Origin: Woeseiaceae bacterium
GTDB taxonomy: Bacteria > Pseudomonadota > Gammaproteobacteria > Steroidobacterales > Woeseiaceae
Direction of reading: 5' to 3'
Assembly (NCBI GenBank): GCA_013043165.1
Contig: JABDOQ010000069.1
Location: 12,827 to 76,826, forward strand
DNA: 64,000 nt
Shown here: positions 46,504-55,347 of the stretch, piece by piece
Numbering within the stretch: the first letter of the stretch is position 1
Layout of the letters: each line of letters starts with the position of its first letter
Notes under the pieces: model-generated
The model's database searches: none
Seen by the model: only the letters and a program-made list of their open reading frames with translations
What the model was told of the DNA's origin: nothing
Translations under genes and position numbers: made by a program

Positions 46504-46773
46504 CTAATCCTTTTCCGAATCTTTAATCCAGTTTCGTTTTACCTGATCCGACCAGTCGCGATAGCCTTTCCACGTATACAAAGCCGGATCGATGCCCGCA
46601 CGTCGTCCGCGTGGTGCGGGTGCCTTGGAGATCCAGCGGCGATACTGCTTCCAGCCATCGGCGTCATTCGCAGCCGGCTCGACATGCTCCAGCGATGTTG
46701 CGTCTGTCTTTGAATCTGGTTTGGCGTCCGTGCCAAAGCCGTCGACCCATCTCATCTTCTTGCTGTCTGGCAT
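46504..46773 (-). CDS. Hypothetical protein (89 aa), W/K/D-rich
   Basis: MPDSKKMRWVDGFGTDAKPDSK...WKQYRRWISKAPAPRGRRAGIDPALYTWKGYRDWSDQVKRNWIKDSEKD. It sits in an AT-rich stretch and is followed by a strong terminator. The family is not recognised. Confidence 0.45.
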   Translation of the reverse strand: MPDSKKMRWVDGFGTDAKPDSKTDATSLEHVEPAANDADGWKQYRRWISKAPAPRGRRAGIDPALYTWKGYRDWSDQVKRNWIKDSEKD

Positions 46774-46893
46774 TGAGTTTGCTCGGTCAGTCCTTTGACT
46801 AAATATTAAGTCTCAGGCCGCTCGAATCACAGGAACTACTTCACAATGCCAGATCCTTTTTTTTATTATATTTCAATTACTTAGTTATTGGTT

Positions 46894-48267
46894 TTACTTA
46901 ATCACATAGCAGGGATGGTATACGCCGGTCGAAATCTTCATGCGTCGATCGGCGACGAAACCCGCCAGCAATTTGTCAAGCAGCTTCATCATACGTTGCG
47001 ATCCATCGATCTCGAAGGGTCCATCGCGTTCGATAAGCTCGGCAGTGTCTTCGCGCACATTGCCCGACACGATGCCAGAAAACACACGACGCAGATTCGC
47101 CGCAAGTACATGACTCGGAAGGTCCTCGCTGATATCGAGGTTTCGCATTGTCTCGTGCGTTGCGACAAACGGTTTTTGAAATTCCCGGTCAACTCGCAAG
47201 CGCCAGTTGAAATAGTATGCGTCGCCATGCTTTGTTCGGAAATCGAGCACGTCTTTCAGGCGGGCGCTCATTTGGCGCGCGACCTCAGCAGGATCGTCGA
47301 TGATGATCTGGTAGCGACTGCGCGCCTCATCGCCCAGTGTCGCCGCGATGAACTCATCTATCTGTCGAAAATAAGACTCCGAGGACGCCGGTCCTGTCAT
47401 GATGAACGGCATGGGTTGCCGCTGGTTGTCCGGGTGCAGCAATACCCCCAGCAGGTAAAGGATCTCTTCCGCCGTACCCACTCCACCGGGGAACACAATA
47501 ATGCCGTGACCCAACCTCGTAAAAGCCTCCAGGCGCTTCTCCATGTCGGGCATTATGACGAGCGAGTTGACGATCGGGTTTGGCGATTCGGCCGCGATAA
47601 TCCCGGGTTCCGTTATACCAATATACCGCCCGCCTCGAATCCTCTGTTTGGCATGAGCAATGGTCGCCCCTTTCATCGGGCCTTTCATCGCCCCCGGACC
47701 GCAACCCGTGCAAACATTCAGGGCCCGTAAACCCAATTCATAGCCGAGCAGCTTCGAGTAGTCGTACTCGCGGCGGCTGATCGCGTGCCCGCCCCAACAT
47801 ACTACGAGGTTCACTTCTGCCGGTATGTTCAACATGCGCGCGTTACGGATGATATGAAACACGGCATTAGTGATACCGTCCGGCGTATCCAGGTCGAATC
47901 GACCGCTCTCGATAATGTCGTTGCGCGTGAAAACAATGTCGCGAAGCACTGCAAACAGCAATTCGCGCGTGCCACGAATCATCTTGCCATCCACGAAGGC
48001 CTCAGCGGGCGCGTTGCTCAGGGAAACCTTGAGGCCACGATCTTGTTGGATAAAGCCGACTTCGAAGTTCCTGTAGGCTTCCAGCAATTCGCGGGTGTCG
48101 TCGATCTTGCTGTCCGCATGCAGAACGGCGAGCATGCAGCGACGCAGCATCGGGTAAAGCCCTCCGGTGCCATCATTCTTCAGCTGGTCAACTTCGAACT
48201 GGGAGAGGACTTCGAGGCTGCCCTCGGGCCATACCTCGGCGTCGACGAGATCGACAGTCTTTTTCAC
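46894..48267 (-). CDS. ppnN: Pyrimidine/purine nucleotide 5'-monophosphate nucleosidase (LOG-family, YgdH)
   Basis: The N-terminus LSQFEVDQLKNDGTGGLYPMLRRCMLAVL...EAFVDGKMIRGTRELLFAVLRDIVF parallels E. coli YgdH/PpnN. LOG motif PGGVGTAEEI. 457 aa. Confidence 0.88.
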   Translation of the reverse strand: MKKTVDLVDAEVWPEGSLEVLSQFEVDQLKNDGTGGLYPMLRRCMLAVLHADSKIDDTRELLEAYRNFEVGFIQQDRGLKVSLSNAPAEAFVDGKMIRGTRELLFAVLRDIVFTRNDIIESGRFDLDTPDGITNAVFHIIRNARMLNIPAEVNLVVCWGGHAISRREYDYSKLLGYELGLRALNVCTGCGPGAMKGPMKGATIAHAKQRIRGGRYIGITEPGIIAAESPNPIVNSLVIMPDMEKRLEAFTRLGHGIIVFPGGVGTAEEILYLLGVLLHPDNQRQPMPFIMTGPASSESYFRQIDEFIAATLGDEARSRYQIIIDDPAEVARQMSARLKDVLDFRTKHGDAYYFNWRLRVDREFQKPFVATHETMRNLDISEDLPSHVLAANLRRVFSGIVSGNVREDTAELIERDGPFEIDGSQRMMKLLDKLLAGFVADRRMKISTGVYHPCYVIK

Positions 48268-48285
48268 GACCGGCTCTGGTATTCG

Positions 48286-48846
48286 TTATGGGCGAATTTC
48301 AATCGGTGTGTTCTCACCCGTCATGAGCCAGATATCGATCATGTCGGAGTTGGAGACCGCGATACAGCCGTTGGTCCAGTCCTGCGTGCGGTAGTACACC
48401 TCGGACTGCGTGGGTTCGTTCGGCTGGCCGTGAATCATGATCGCACCACCCGGTTCGTTGCCGGTTTGACTCGCCTCGCGCAGATCTGCCGAGTCGGGAT
48501 ACGAAATATGGATAGACAGGAAATAGTCACTGTGCTGATTGCGGCTATCCAGGTAATAGCTGCCTTCGGGCGTCTTGAAGTCGCCCTCTTTCTTCTTGTC
48601 GCCCACTGGCATTATCCCAAGGGCAATTTTGAAGGTGCGAAAAGCCTTGCCATCTCGCATGAGGTGCAGCTTGCGGACGGCCTTCTCAATAACAACCTTG
48701 TCGGCGATCGGGAATTCTCCTGCCTGCATGACGGTGGGTGTCATGAGCACAAGCAGCATCAGGCCGATCTGGCCGTACAGCAATCGTGTGTCCTGGTTCT
48801 TGATCATAAAGCGCACAGTCGACTCATTGAGTTGCAAGCCTAGCAA
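48286..48846 (-). CDS. L,D-transpeptidase (YkuD domain)
   Basis: Catalytic region IMIHGQPNE....TNGCIAVSNSDMIDIW, preceded by a signal/anchor segment. Confidence 0.85.
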   Translation of the reverse strand: MLGLQLNESTVRFMIKNQDTRLLYGQIGLMLLVLMTPTVMQAGEFPIADKVVIEKAVRKLHLMRDGKAFRTFKIALGIMPVGDKKKEGDFKTPEGSYYLDSRNQHSDYFLSIHISYPDSADLREASQTGNEPGGAIMIHGQPNEPTQSEVYYRTQDWTNGCIAVSNSDMIDIWLMTGENTPIEIRP

Positions 48847-48879
48847 ACCTCGTAGCCGCGGAAAACGCCTCGCTTCACA

Positions 48880-49284
48880 CTACACGTTCCTGCCGACTAT
48901 CCATCCAATCGCAAATCCTATGCCCCCTGCGACCAGCGTGTAGAGCGGAAGGTAGCGAAATACACGGCCCGGAAATTGTGAATGACTGAACATCTCATTC
49001 AGGTTTACGGAATAGGCGTAATGCAGGTACACAGACAAGCCCAGCGCCGGAACCGCGAAGCCCAGCGTACCGAGAGGCATGCGCATGCCGGCACCCGACC
49101 ATTTGCCGCCACCCCTGTATAACGTTATCAAGGCCAGCATCAGCAGGACCAGCAGCGGAATCAGGTTGCGCAAGAGGTACGGGCCACCCTCCTCAACAAC
49201 AGCGAACCAGTAACCTGCTGTCAGAACCAGGAGCAGGACCGGCAGCAACCTCAACATCGCCAAATTGTCGCGATCGACCTTCAA
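48880..49284 (-). CDS. Hypothetical integral membrane protein (4 predicted TM helices)
   Basis: 134 aa and strongly hydrophobic. Its start overlaps the stop of the upstream MltD-like gene by 4 nt. Confidence 0.5.
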   Translation of the reverse strand: MKVDRDNLAMLRLLPVLLLVLTAGYWFAVVEEGGPYLLRNLIPLLVLLMLALITLYRGGGKWSGAGMRMPLGTLGFAVPALGLSVYLHYAYSVNLNEMFSHSQFPGRVFRYLPLYTLVAGGIGFAIGWIVGRNV

Positions 49285-51194
49285 TCGCGCTCGACTTTGG
49301 TCAGTATGGGGATTTGCACTCTTGTTCCCGGCCGAACCTTGTGCAGATCAAGACTCGGGTTGTACTGGCGGAACAGCCATATAGGCACATGATACTTTCG
49401 CAGCGCAAGAATCCAGATCGAGTCGCCGGCACGGATCGTATATTCACTAACATCGCTTATGACGTTGCGGCGGAAGAAGCTGTCCTGCTGCAGGCGGTGA
49501 TAGGCAACGCGGCGTTCCTCGAAAGATTTGGCGCTAACGGTGTCAAGATCCAGCTTGATTCGCTGACCAACCTCGACAGGCGTGCCGAATGCAAGTGCAT
49601 TGATATCCCGCAGCCTTTGCGTTTTGATTTCCAGCCAGTCGCCGTAGTGGCCCAGCGTCTCCAGCGGCTGGACCTCGATACTACCGTCGCCGGCCACGCT
49701 GTAATCACTCGGGTCAGACAGCAGGTCGGTCTGGACGACCTCCGTCGAGACGGCTGCAAGTTCGTCGACCATCGCTCCCGGCACTGCTTCCGCAACGGCG
49801 ACTTCCTGAGGTTCGGGGACGACTGGCGCGACGGCTGCCGCGGCGGCAGCCGGTACTTCCGACGCGGCCGCTACGACGGGCGCCGGACCTGCAGCAGGCA
49901 GCCGCAGGTTTTGTCCAATGCGAATACGATGTCTGCTGTTCAGCCCGTTCAATGCAACCAGCGTCGATACGCGAGTGTCATACGCCTCGGCAATCTGCGA
50001 CAGCGTGTCGCCACGGGCGACCCTGTGGAACATGTCTGGCAGCTGTTTTTCGAAGATACTCTCCGGTGGCAGCTTTGCAAGGACGCCGGCAAGCGGTTGA
50101 TCCAGTTCCTCGACAGGCATGCGCAGCTCATAGCCTTTGGGCAGGTACTTGCTTCCCTGCCAGACCGTCGCCTGCAGTCCGGGATTGTGTTTCGCGAGAA
50201 CTTCGGGCGTCGTGGCGAGCGCCCGGCTCAGGCCTGGCACCGAAATGAAGGCCGGCAACCTGACCGTTGCATAGTTCGCAGGCTGTTCAAAGACGAGCCC
50301 GGGAAAATACGTCTCGACGTTCTGATCGACCTGCATGGCGGCAAGAAAAGCAACGTAGAAATTTCGAGACGCGAAGCCGAAAGTGCGGCCATTGTAATTT
50401 CGCAATATCTCGACGTAAGCCGTGTCGCCGTATTTTTTCATGGCGCGCCGAACACCGGCGAGGCCGTGGTTATAGGCCGTTATCGCCATCGGCCAGTTAC
50501 CCGTAATCGAATGGTTATAGGCCATCAACTGACCGGCCGCGCGCGTTGCTGCAAAAGGATCATTGCGCTCATCGACAACGTGATCGACGCGCATAAACCG
50601 CCGTCCCGTACTGCGTGTGAATTGCCAGAGACCCGATGCACCGACGTGCGAGCGCGCATCGGGGTTATAGGAGGATTCGACGTGCGGCAGCGCCGCAATC
50701 TCGATCGGCACTCCGAGTGCCGTGAACTGTTCGTTAACAAAACTTCGCCAGCGACCGGAGCGCACGAGTCCGTCACGAAAACGATCGCGGAGCCCCTGCT
50801 GATAGCGAACACGCTTTGCAGCCGCCGCGAATGTGTCGTTGCCGACCCCCTGGGGCCACAGCGACAGCACCCTCGCCTCGTCGGCACTCAGCTTGTCGCG
50901 CTTGCCGGACGCAAGCACTCGCAACGTGGCCCTGATCTTCTTGCGGCGCGCTTCCACGCGTCTTTGCCGCTCGCGACGAGACAGCGTCGAGGGAATGTCG
51001 AGGCGCTCGTAAACCACCGCGAGATTTCGATTATCGTGCAACACCCCTTCGTCCGTGGAATAGCGCGTGAAAATCGATATCCAGAAGTCGACATCGGGCT
51101 GTAGCTCCGACGGCTGCGGGAACGTCTCATCGGCGCTCGCAACGACGGTTGCGAGGACCAGGACTGCTAACAAATGCCGGCAAATGCTTGTCAT
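49281..51194 (-). CDS. mltD: Membrane-bound lytic murein transglycosylase with LysM repeats (MltD-like)
   Basis: SLT catalytic motif VESSYNPDARSHVGASGLWQF. LysM repeats HRVARGDTLSQIAEAY..LNGL and YTIRAGDSIWILAL. Signal peptide present. Confidence 0.82.
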   Translation of the reverse strand: MTSICRHLLAVLVLATVVASADETFPQPSELQPDVDFWISIFTRYSTDEGVLHDNRNLAVVYERLDIPSTLSRRERQRRVEARRKKIRATLRVLASGKRDKLSADEARVLSLWPQGVGNDTFAAAAKRVRYQQGLRDRFRDGLVRSGRWRSFVNEQFTALGVPIEIAALPHVESSYNPDARSHVGASGLWQFTRSTGRRFMRVDHVVDERNDPFAATRAAGQLMAYNHSITGNWPMAITAYNHGLAGVRRAMKKYGDTAYVEILRNYNGRTFGFASRNFYVAFLAAMQVDQNVETYFPGLVFEQPANYATVRLPAFISVPGLSRALATTPEVLAKHNPGLQATVWQGSKYLPKGYELRMPVEELDQPLAGVLAKLPPESIFEKQLPDMFHRVARGDTLSQIAEAYDTRVSTLVALNGLNSRHRIRIGQNLRLPAAGPAPVVAAASEVPAAAAAAVAPVVPEPQEVAVAEAVPGAMVDELAAVSTEVVQTDLLSDPSDYSVAGDGSIEVQPLETLGHYGDWLEIKTQRLRDINALAFGTPVEVGQRIKLDLDTVSAKSFEERRVAYHRLQQDSFFRRNVISDVSEYTIRAGDSIWILALRKYHVPIWLFRQYNPSLDLHKVRPGTRVQIPILTKVERD

Positions 51195-51277
51195 TTATGT
51201 CAATTCAAGTTTCAATCGTAAATTATTGATTAGTTCACAGAAATTCACAGCATTTTGCCGTATTTTTACTCATAAGT

Positions 51278-52579
51278 ATGCGCCTATCAAAACCCCGATC
51301 TGATACCTGTCCGGGCATCTGCCAATTCCTGGCCGGCCTGATGCTGCTGCTGCCCGCCACCACTGTGTTGGCAGGCGAGGCCGCCATCGAGCCCACGGAC
51401 AACGGCACCGACGTCCTGCAGGATACGACCGTTGATGCCGATTCGCGTTCCAGCGAAACCTCGGCGGAGGCGGAAAAACTGGTCGAGGCCGTCCCCGCTC
51501 ACGAGCACCTGGTTCCGCTCGCCGACGCGGTAACGACCGCGGAAGAAAGCCAGGCGGCTCCGCTGCAGCTGCTTGGCAAGGACATCATGCCCGGCACGGC
51601 GCATCGCCTGTCGTGGTCGGCAACCGAGTTATTCGAGGGCGTGCCGGTATCGACCCCTGTACTGGCCGTCAACGGTGCATTGCCCGGACCGACGCTCTGC
51701 CTGACAGCCGCCGTACACGGCGACGAGCTCAACGGCATTGAAATAGTGCGACGCGTGCTGCACGAGATCGCTCCGAGCAAGCTGTCCGGCGCAGTGATCG
51801 GCATACCGATCGTGAACGTACAGGGCTTTCGGCGCGGCTCCAGGTACCTTCCTGACAGGCGCGACCTGAACCGCTATTTCCCGGGCAACCCGAACGGCAG
51901 CGCGGCCGCCCGAATCGCTTATTCGCTGTTCAACGATCTCATTGCTCACTGCGATGCATTGGTTGATCTACACACTGGCTCCTTTGAGCGCTCGAACCTG
52001 CCACAGATTCGCGCCGACCTTAGAAACCCCGATGTCGTTACGCTGACACAGGGATTTGGCTCTATGGTCGTACTACACAGCAAGCCGACGGTCGGAACCC
52101 TGCGACACGCAGCGACCCTCGCCGGGATTCCTGCTGTAACGGTCGAGGCCGGCGGTCCGTCGCAACTCGAACTTGCGGAAGTGAAGCACGGCGTCAAGGG
52201 TATCGAGACGTTGTTGAGTACGCTCGGCATGGTCAGGAAGAAGCGTTTCTGGGGTGACCCGGAACCGGTTTACTACAAGTCATCGTGGGTGCGAGCGGAC
52301 AACGGTGGCATTCTGCTTGCCGACGTCAGTCTCGGCAGCACGGTCCGCAAGGGCGACCTGCTGGGAACGATTACCGATCCTATGAGCAATCAACGCAGCG
52401 AGCTCTTTTCTCCTTACTCCGGGCGCATCATCGGGCTGGCGCGAAACCAGGTCGTCATGCCGGGGTTTGCGGCTTTTCATGTCGGTATCCAGGCAGACGA
52501 TGTGATCGCGGAAGCAAAGGCGCTCGGCGCCGCTCAGAAACCCGGCACCGGTGGTTACGTAGACGGTATGTCCGAGTAA
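51278..52579 (+). CDS. Succinylglutamate desuccinylase/aspartoacylase (M14-like) family protein, secreted
   Basis: Zn-binding region LTAAVHGDELNGIEIVRRV, DLNRYFPG and VDLHTG. Signal peptide present. Confidence 0.75.
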   Translation: MRLSKPRSDTCPGICQFLAGLMLLLPATTVLAGEAAIEPTDNGTDVLQDTTVDADSRSSETSAEAEKLVEAVPAHEHLVPLADAVTTAEESQAAPLQLLGKDIMPGTAHRLSWSATELFEGVPVSTPVLAVNGALPGPTLCLTAAVHGDELNGIEIVRRVLHEIAPSKLSGAVIGIPIVNVQGFRRGSRYLPDRRDLNRYFPGNPNGSAAARIAYSLFNDLIAHCDALVDLHTGSFERSNLPQIRADLRNPDVVTLTQGFGSMVVLHSKPTVGTLRHAATLAGIPAVTVEAGGPSQLELAEVKHGVKGIETLLSTLGMVRKKRFWGDPEPVYYKSSWVRADNGGILLADVSLGSTVRKGDLLGTITDPMSNQRSELFSPYSGRIIGLARNQVVMPGFAAFHVGIQADDVIAEAKALGAAQKPGTGGYVDGMSE

Positions 52580-52591
52580 ACTGCGTTCCCA

Positions 52592-53530
52592 ATGACAGGT
52601 GAACGCAAACCTCTAGCCAGTTACTGGGGCCCTCGCTATTGGCCCGTTTGGCTGGGCATGGGCTTGCTGCGACTGATTTGCATGCTGCCACATCGGCTGG
52701 CGCTCGCGGCAGGCCGTGTTCTTGGCCGTATCGCGCACGCCGTTGGCGGCTCCCGTCGTGCCGTCGTGCGCCGCAACATCGAGCTGTGCTTTCCGGAGCT
52801 TTCACCCGACGAACGCGACGCACTTGCCTACGAGCATTTCAAAGCACTCGGCATGACGGTCGTCGAAATGGGTCTTGGGCGCTGGGCCAGTGACCAGCAC
52901 CTGCTGTCGATCACGAAGCTTAATGGTATCGAGCACGTACAAAACGCGCTTGATTCGGGACGCGGTGTAATTCTCCTCAGCGCACATTTCACAACGCTGG
53001 AAATCATGGGACGTGTATTGTCGTTGAATATGCCGCCCTTCGACGCGGTGTTCCGCCGTAACCGCAGCGAATTCATGACCGAGCTGCAGCGTACGGGCCG
53101 CGAACGTTCCGCTGAGTCAACGATCGAGAAACGTGACGTCAAGAAAGTAGTACGCAGCCTGCGCGACAATCGCGCGGTCTGGTACGCGCCGGACCAGAGC
53201 TATAACCGCAAAGGCGCCGAGGTCATTCCTTTTTTTGGCACGCCCGCCATGCATACGACGGCAACTTCGACGCTCGCACGTCTTGGCAATGCGGTCGTGA
53301 TACCGTTTTTTCCGCGCCGGCTGAAAGATTCAACTTATGAACTGACCTTGCTGCCGGCTTTCGAGAATTTTCCAGGCGACGACCCGGTCGCCGACACGAA
53401 ACGCTATGTCGAACTCCTGGAGCAGCACGTCCGGTCGTGTCCGGAGCAGTACTTCTGGATCCATCGCAAGTTCAAAGACCTGCCCGATGGCTACCCCGAC
53501 TACTATGCCGATCTCGAGGCGCTGAAATAG
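52592..53530 (+). CDS. lpxL: Lipid A biosynthesis lauroyl/myristoyl acyltransferase (LpxL/HtrB family)
   Basis: The LLSAHFTTLEI (HX4D/E region), WYAPDQSY and YFWIHRKFK motifs are typical of late lipid A acyltransferases. Confidence 0.82.
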   Translation: MTGERKPLASYWGPRYWPVWLGMGLLRLICMLPHRLALAAGRVLGRIAHAVGGSRRAVVRRNIELCFPELSPDERDALAYEHFKALGMTVVEMGLGRWASDQHLLSITKLNGIEHVQNALDSGRGVILLSAHFTTLEIMGRVLSLNMPPFDAVFRRNRSEFMTELQRTGRERSAESTIEKRDVKKVVRSLRDNRAVWYAPDQSYNRKGAEVIPFFGTPAMHTTATSTLARLGNAVVIPFFPRRLKDSTYELTLLPAFENFPGDDPVADTKRYVELLEQHVRSCPEQYFWIHRKFKDLPDGYPDYYADLEALK

Positions 53531-54309
53531 CCCTCCAGCAATTGCTCCCAGTTCGCGGCACGAAAGTTCAGCCGTGGATCCAGTCCAATGATCTTCTGCA
53601 GCGACCGGTGCAGGCGATTCAGCGTCACCTGCTGCCAGCGGCCACGAGGTCTCAACGACCCCTTGTCGAAGTCGAGCATCCACAGCATGCCGGATTTATC
53701 AATCTGCAGATTATAGGCGTTCATGTCGGCGTGATAGACGCCGGCCTCATGAAACTCGTAAATTGACTCTCCGATCGAATGCCAGAACGTCTCATCAGGT
53801 TTGTTGTCGGCAATATACTGCGACAGAGCAACCACGTCCGGAATACGAACCGTAATGATGTCCGCCGTATAGAAAGTACCGCTTTGCCGATAGCGTGCCG
53901 CGGCCGGTCGCGGCACGCGCAGATTGTTCGAAGACAACTTATCGAGCAAACGCCATTCCATGAAGGGTCGCGTTTTGTCGGCCCCGGAGAACAGATAGCG
54001 GTCACGGATTATTTTGCCAATCAGGCCGCCGCGCAGGTAATGACGAAGGACGAACTGACGTGGCACGTTTCCTACGTACATCGTGTTGCCACGGCCGCCC
54101 GATCGCAACGGGCCGGTCAGTACTTCGGCGTGCGGCCACCCCCCCGGCGTAAAGCGCTCCTCCGAAATCTGGTTGATAATGGCCTTATCGTATAGGATGG
54201 CGCCGGTCGCGGTTTTCTCGACGGTCTCGGTCAAACTTCCCGCCCTTTTTAGTCGACTTGTCTGATTTGATGATGCCCGAATTAGCTGTCCAATCGAAGC
54301 CAGAAACAA
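53503..54309 (-). CDS. kdkA: 3-deoxy-D-manno-octulosonic acid (Kdo) kinase
   Basis: LRHYLRGGLIGK and GVYHADMNAYNLQID motifs. The start is uncertain: the track start at 54309 overlaps the divergent GT9 gene, and TTG 54234 is an alternative. Confidence 0.8.
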   Translation of the reverse strand: MFLASIGQLIRASSNQTSRLKRAGSLTETVEKTATGAILYDKAIINQISEERFTPGGWPHAEVLTGPLRSGGRGNTMYVGNVPRQFVLRHYLRGGLIGKIIRDRYLFSGADKTRPFMEWRLLDKLSSNNLRVPRPAAARYRQSGTFYTADIITVRIPDVVALSQYIADNKPDETFWHSIGESIYEFHEAGVYHADMNAYNLQIDKSGMLWMLDFDKGSLRPRGRWQQVTLNRLHRSLQKIIGLDPRLNFRAANWEQLLEGYFSASRSA

Positions 54310-55337
54310 TTTGCGTTCTGCGCCTCTCGGCGATTGGCGATACCTGCCATGCCCTCGCTGTCATCAGACGCATGCAGGACAACTGGCCTGAGGTTCGCAT
54401 TAGCTGGATTATTGGCAAGACCGAAGCATCGCTCATGTCCGACATTCCCGGCATCGAGTTTATCATCTTCGACAAAAGCAAAGGTGTTCGGGCGTATAAA
54501 GACGTCAGGGGACAACTGGCAGGCAAGAATTTTGACACCGCGCTGTGCATGCATGCATCGATGCGCGCCAACCTGCTTTGCCGCACGATTCCTGCAAAGA
54601 CGCGCCTGGGATTCGACAAAGCACGTGCGCGCGACTTCCAGTGGCTGTTCACAAACCGGCGGGTTCCGCCCGCCGACCGTGAGCATGCGCTGGAGGCGAT
54701 GATGTCGTTTGCGACCGCGACAGGTGCTCAACCGCGTGACTTGCGGTGGGATATTCCGCTCCCTGAGAATGCCCGAAAATTTGCGAGTCAGTTCGTCGCT
54801 GCAGAAAAACCGCTGGTCGTCATCAGTCCCTGCAGCAGCCAGCGAAGTCGCAATTACCGCAACTGGAGCATCGACAACTACGCCGCGGCTATTCGGCATC
54901 TGCAGCAAGAGTATCGCTGCACGGTGCTGCTAACAGGCGGCAATACCGTAATCGAGCAACAGTATGGCGCTGCCCTGTCTGCGGGCCGAGGCGATCAGGC
55001 GCTGAACCTCGTGGGCAAGACCTCGCTAAAAGAACTTGCCGCATTGGTCGGCGCCGCCGATCTCGTGATCTGCCCCGATTCAGGGCCCGCACACATGGCA
55101 ACAGCCGCAGGCACGGCCGTGATCGGGCTTTATGCGACCTCCAACCCGGATCGAACCGGGCCTTACCTGTCGCGTGACCTGACCATCAACCGTTACCCTG
55201 ACGCCGCTCGCGAATACCTTGGAAGAGATGTTGATGAACTTCGGTGGGGGCAGCGCATACGTCACCCGGATGCAATGGACTTGATCACAATCGACGACGT
55301 TAGCCGCAAGATCGACGATTTTTTTGCCAATAACTAG
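54258..55337 (+). CDS. Glycosyltransferase family 9 (LPS heptosyltransferase)
   Basis: ICVLRLSAIGDTCHALAVIRRMQDNWP, and C-terminal DLVICPDSGPAHMATAAGTAVIGLY. The start is uncertain within the first ~10 codons. Confidence 0.82.
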   Translation: MSDLMMPELAVQSKPETICVLRLSAIGDTCHALAVIRRMQDNWPEVRISWIIGKTEASLMSDIPGIEFIIFDKSKGVRAYKDVRGQLAGKNFDTALCMHASMRANLLCRTIPAKTRLGFDKARARDFQWLFTNRRVPPADREHALEAMMSFATATGAQPRDLRWDIPLPENARKFASQFVAAEKPLVVISPCSSQRSRNYRNWSIDNYAAAIRHLQQEYRCTVLLTGGNTVIEQQYGAALSAGRGDQALNLVGKTSLKELAALVGAADLVICPDSGPAHMATAAGTAVIGLYATSNPDRTGPYLSRDLTINRYPDAAREYLGRDVDELRWGQRIRHPDAMDLITIDDVSRKIDDFFANN

Positions 55338-55347
55338 TATTTAACGC

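Noticed and set aside
46888-48843. Plus-strand ORFs 46888-47730 (280 aa) and 47785-48843 (352 aa)
   Set aside because: They are antisense to ppnN and the L,D-transpeptidase gene, both with strong family motifs. The products are His/Arg-rich and featureless.
49314-51104. 596-aa plus-strand ORF
   Set aside because: It lies entirely antisense to the MltD-like gene, which has SLT and LysM motifs. The product is R-rich and low in complexity, with no motifs. Shadow ORF.
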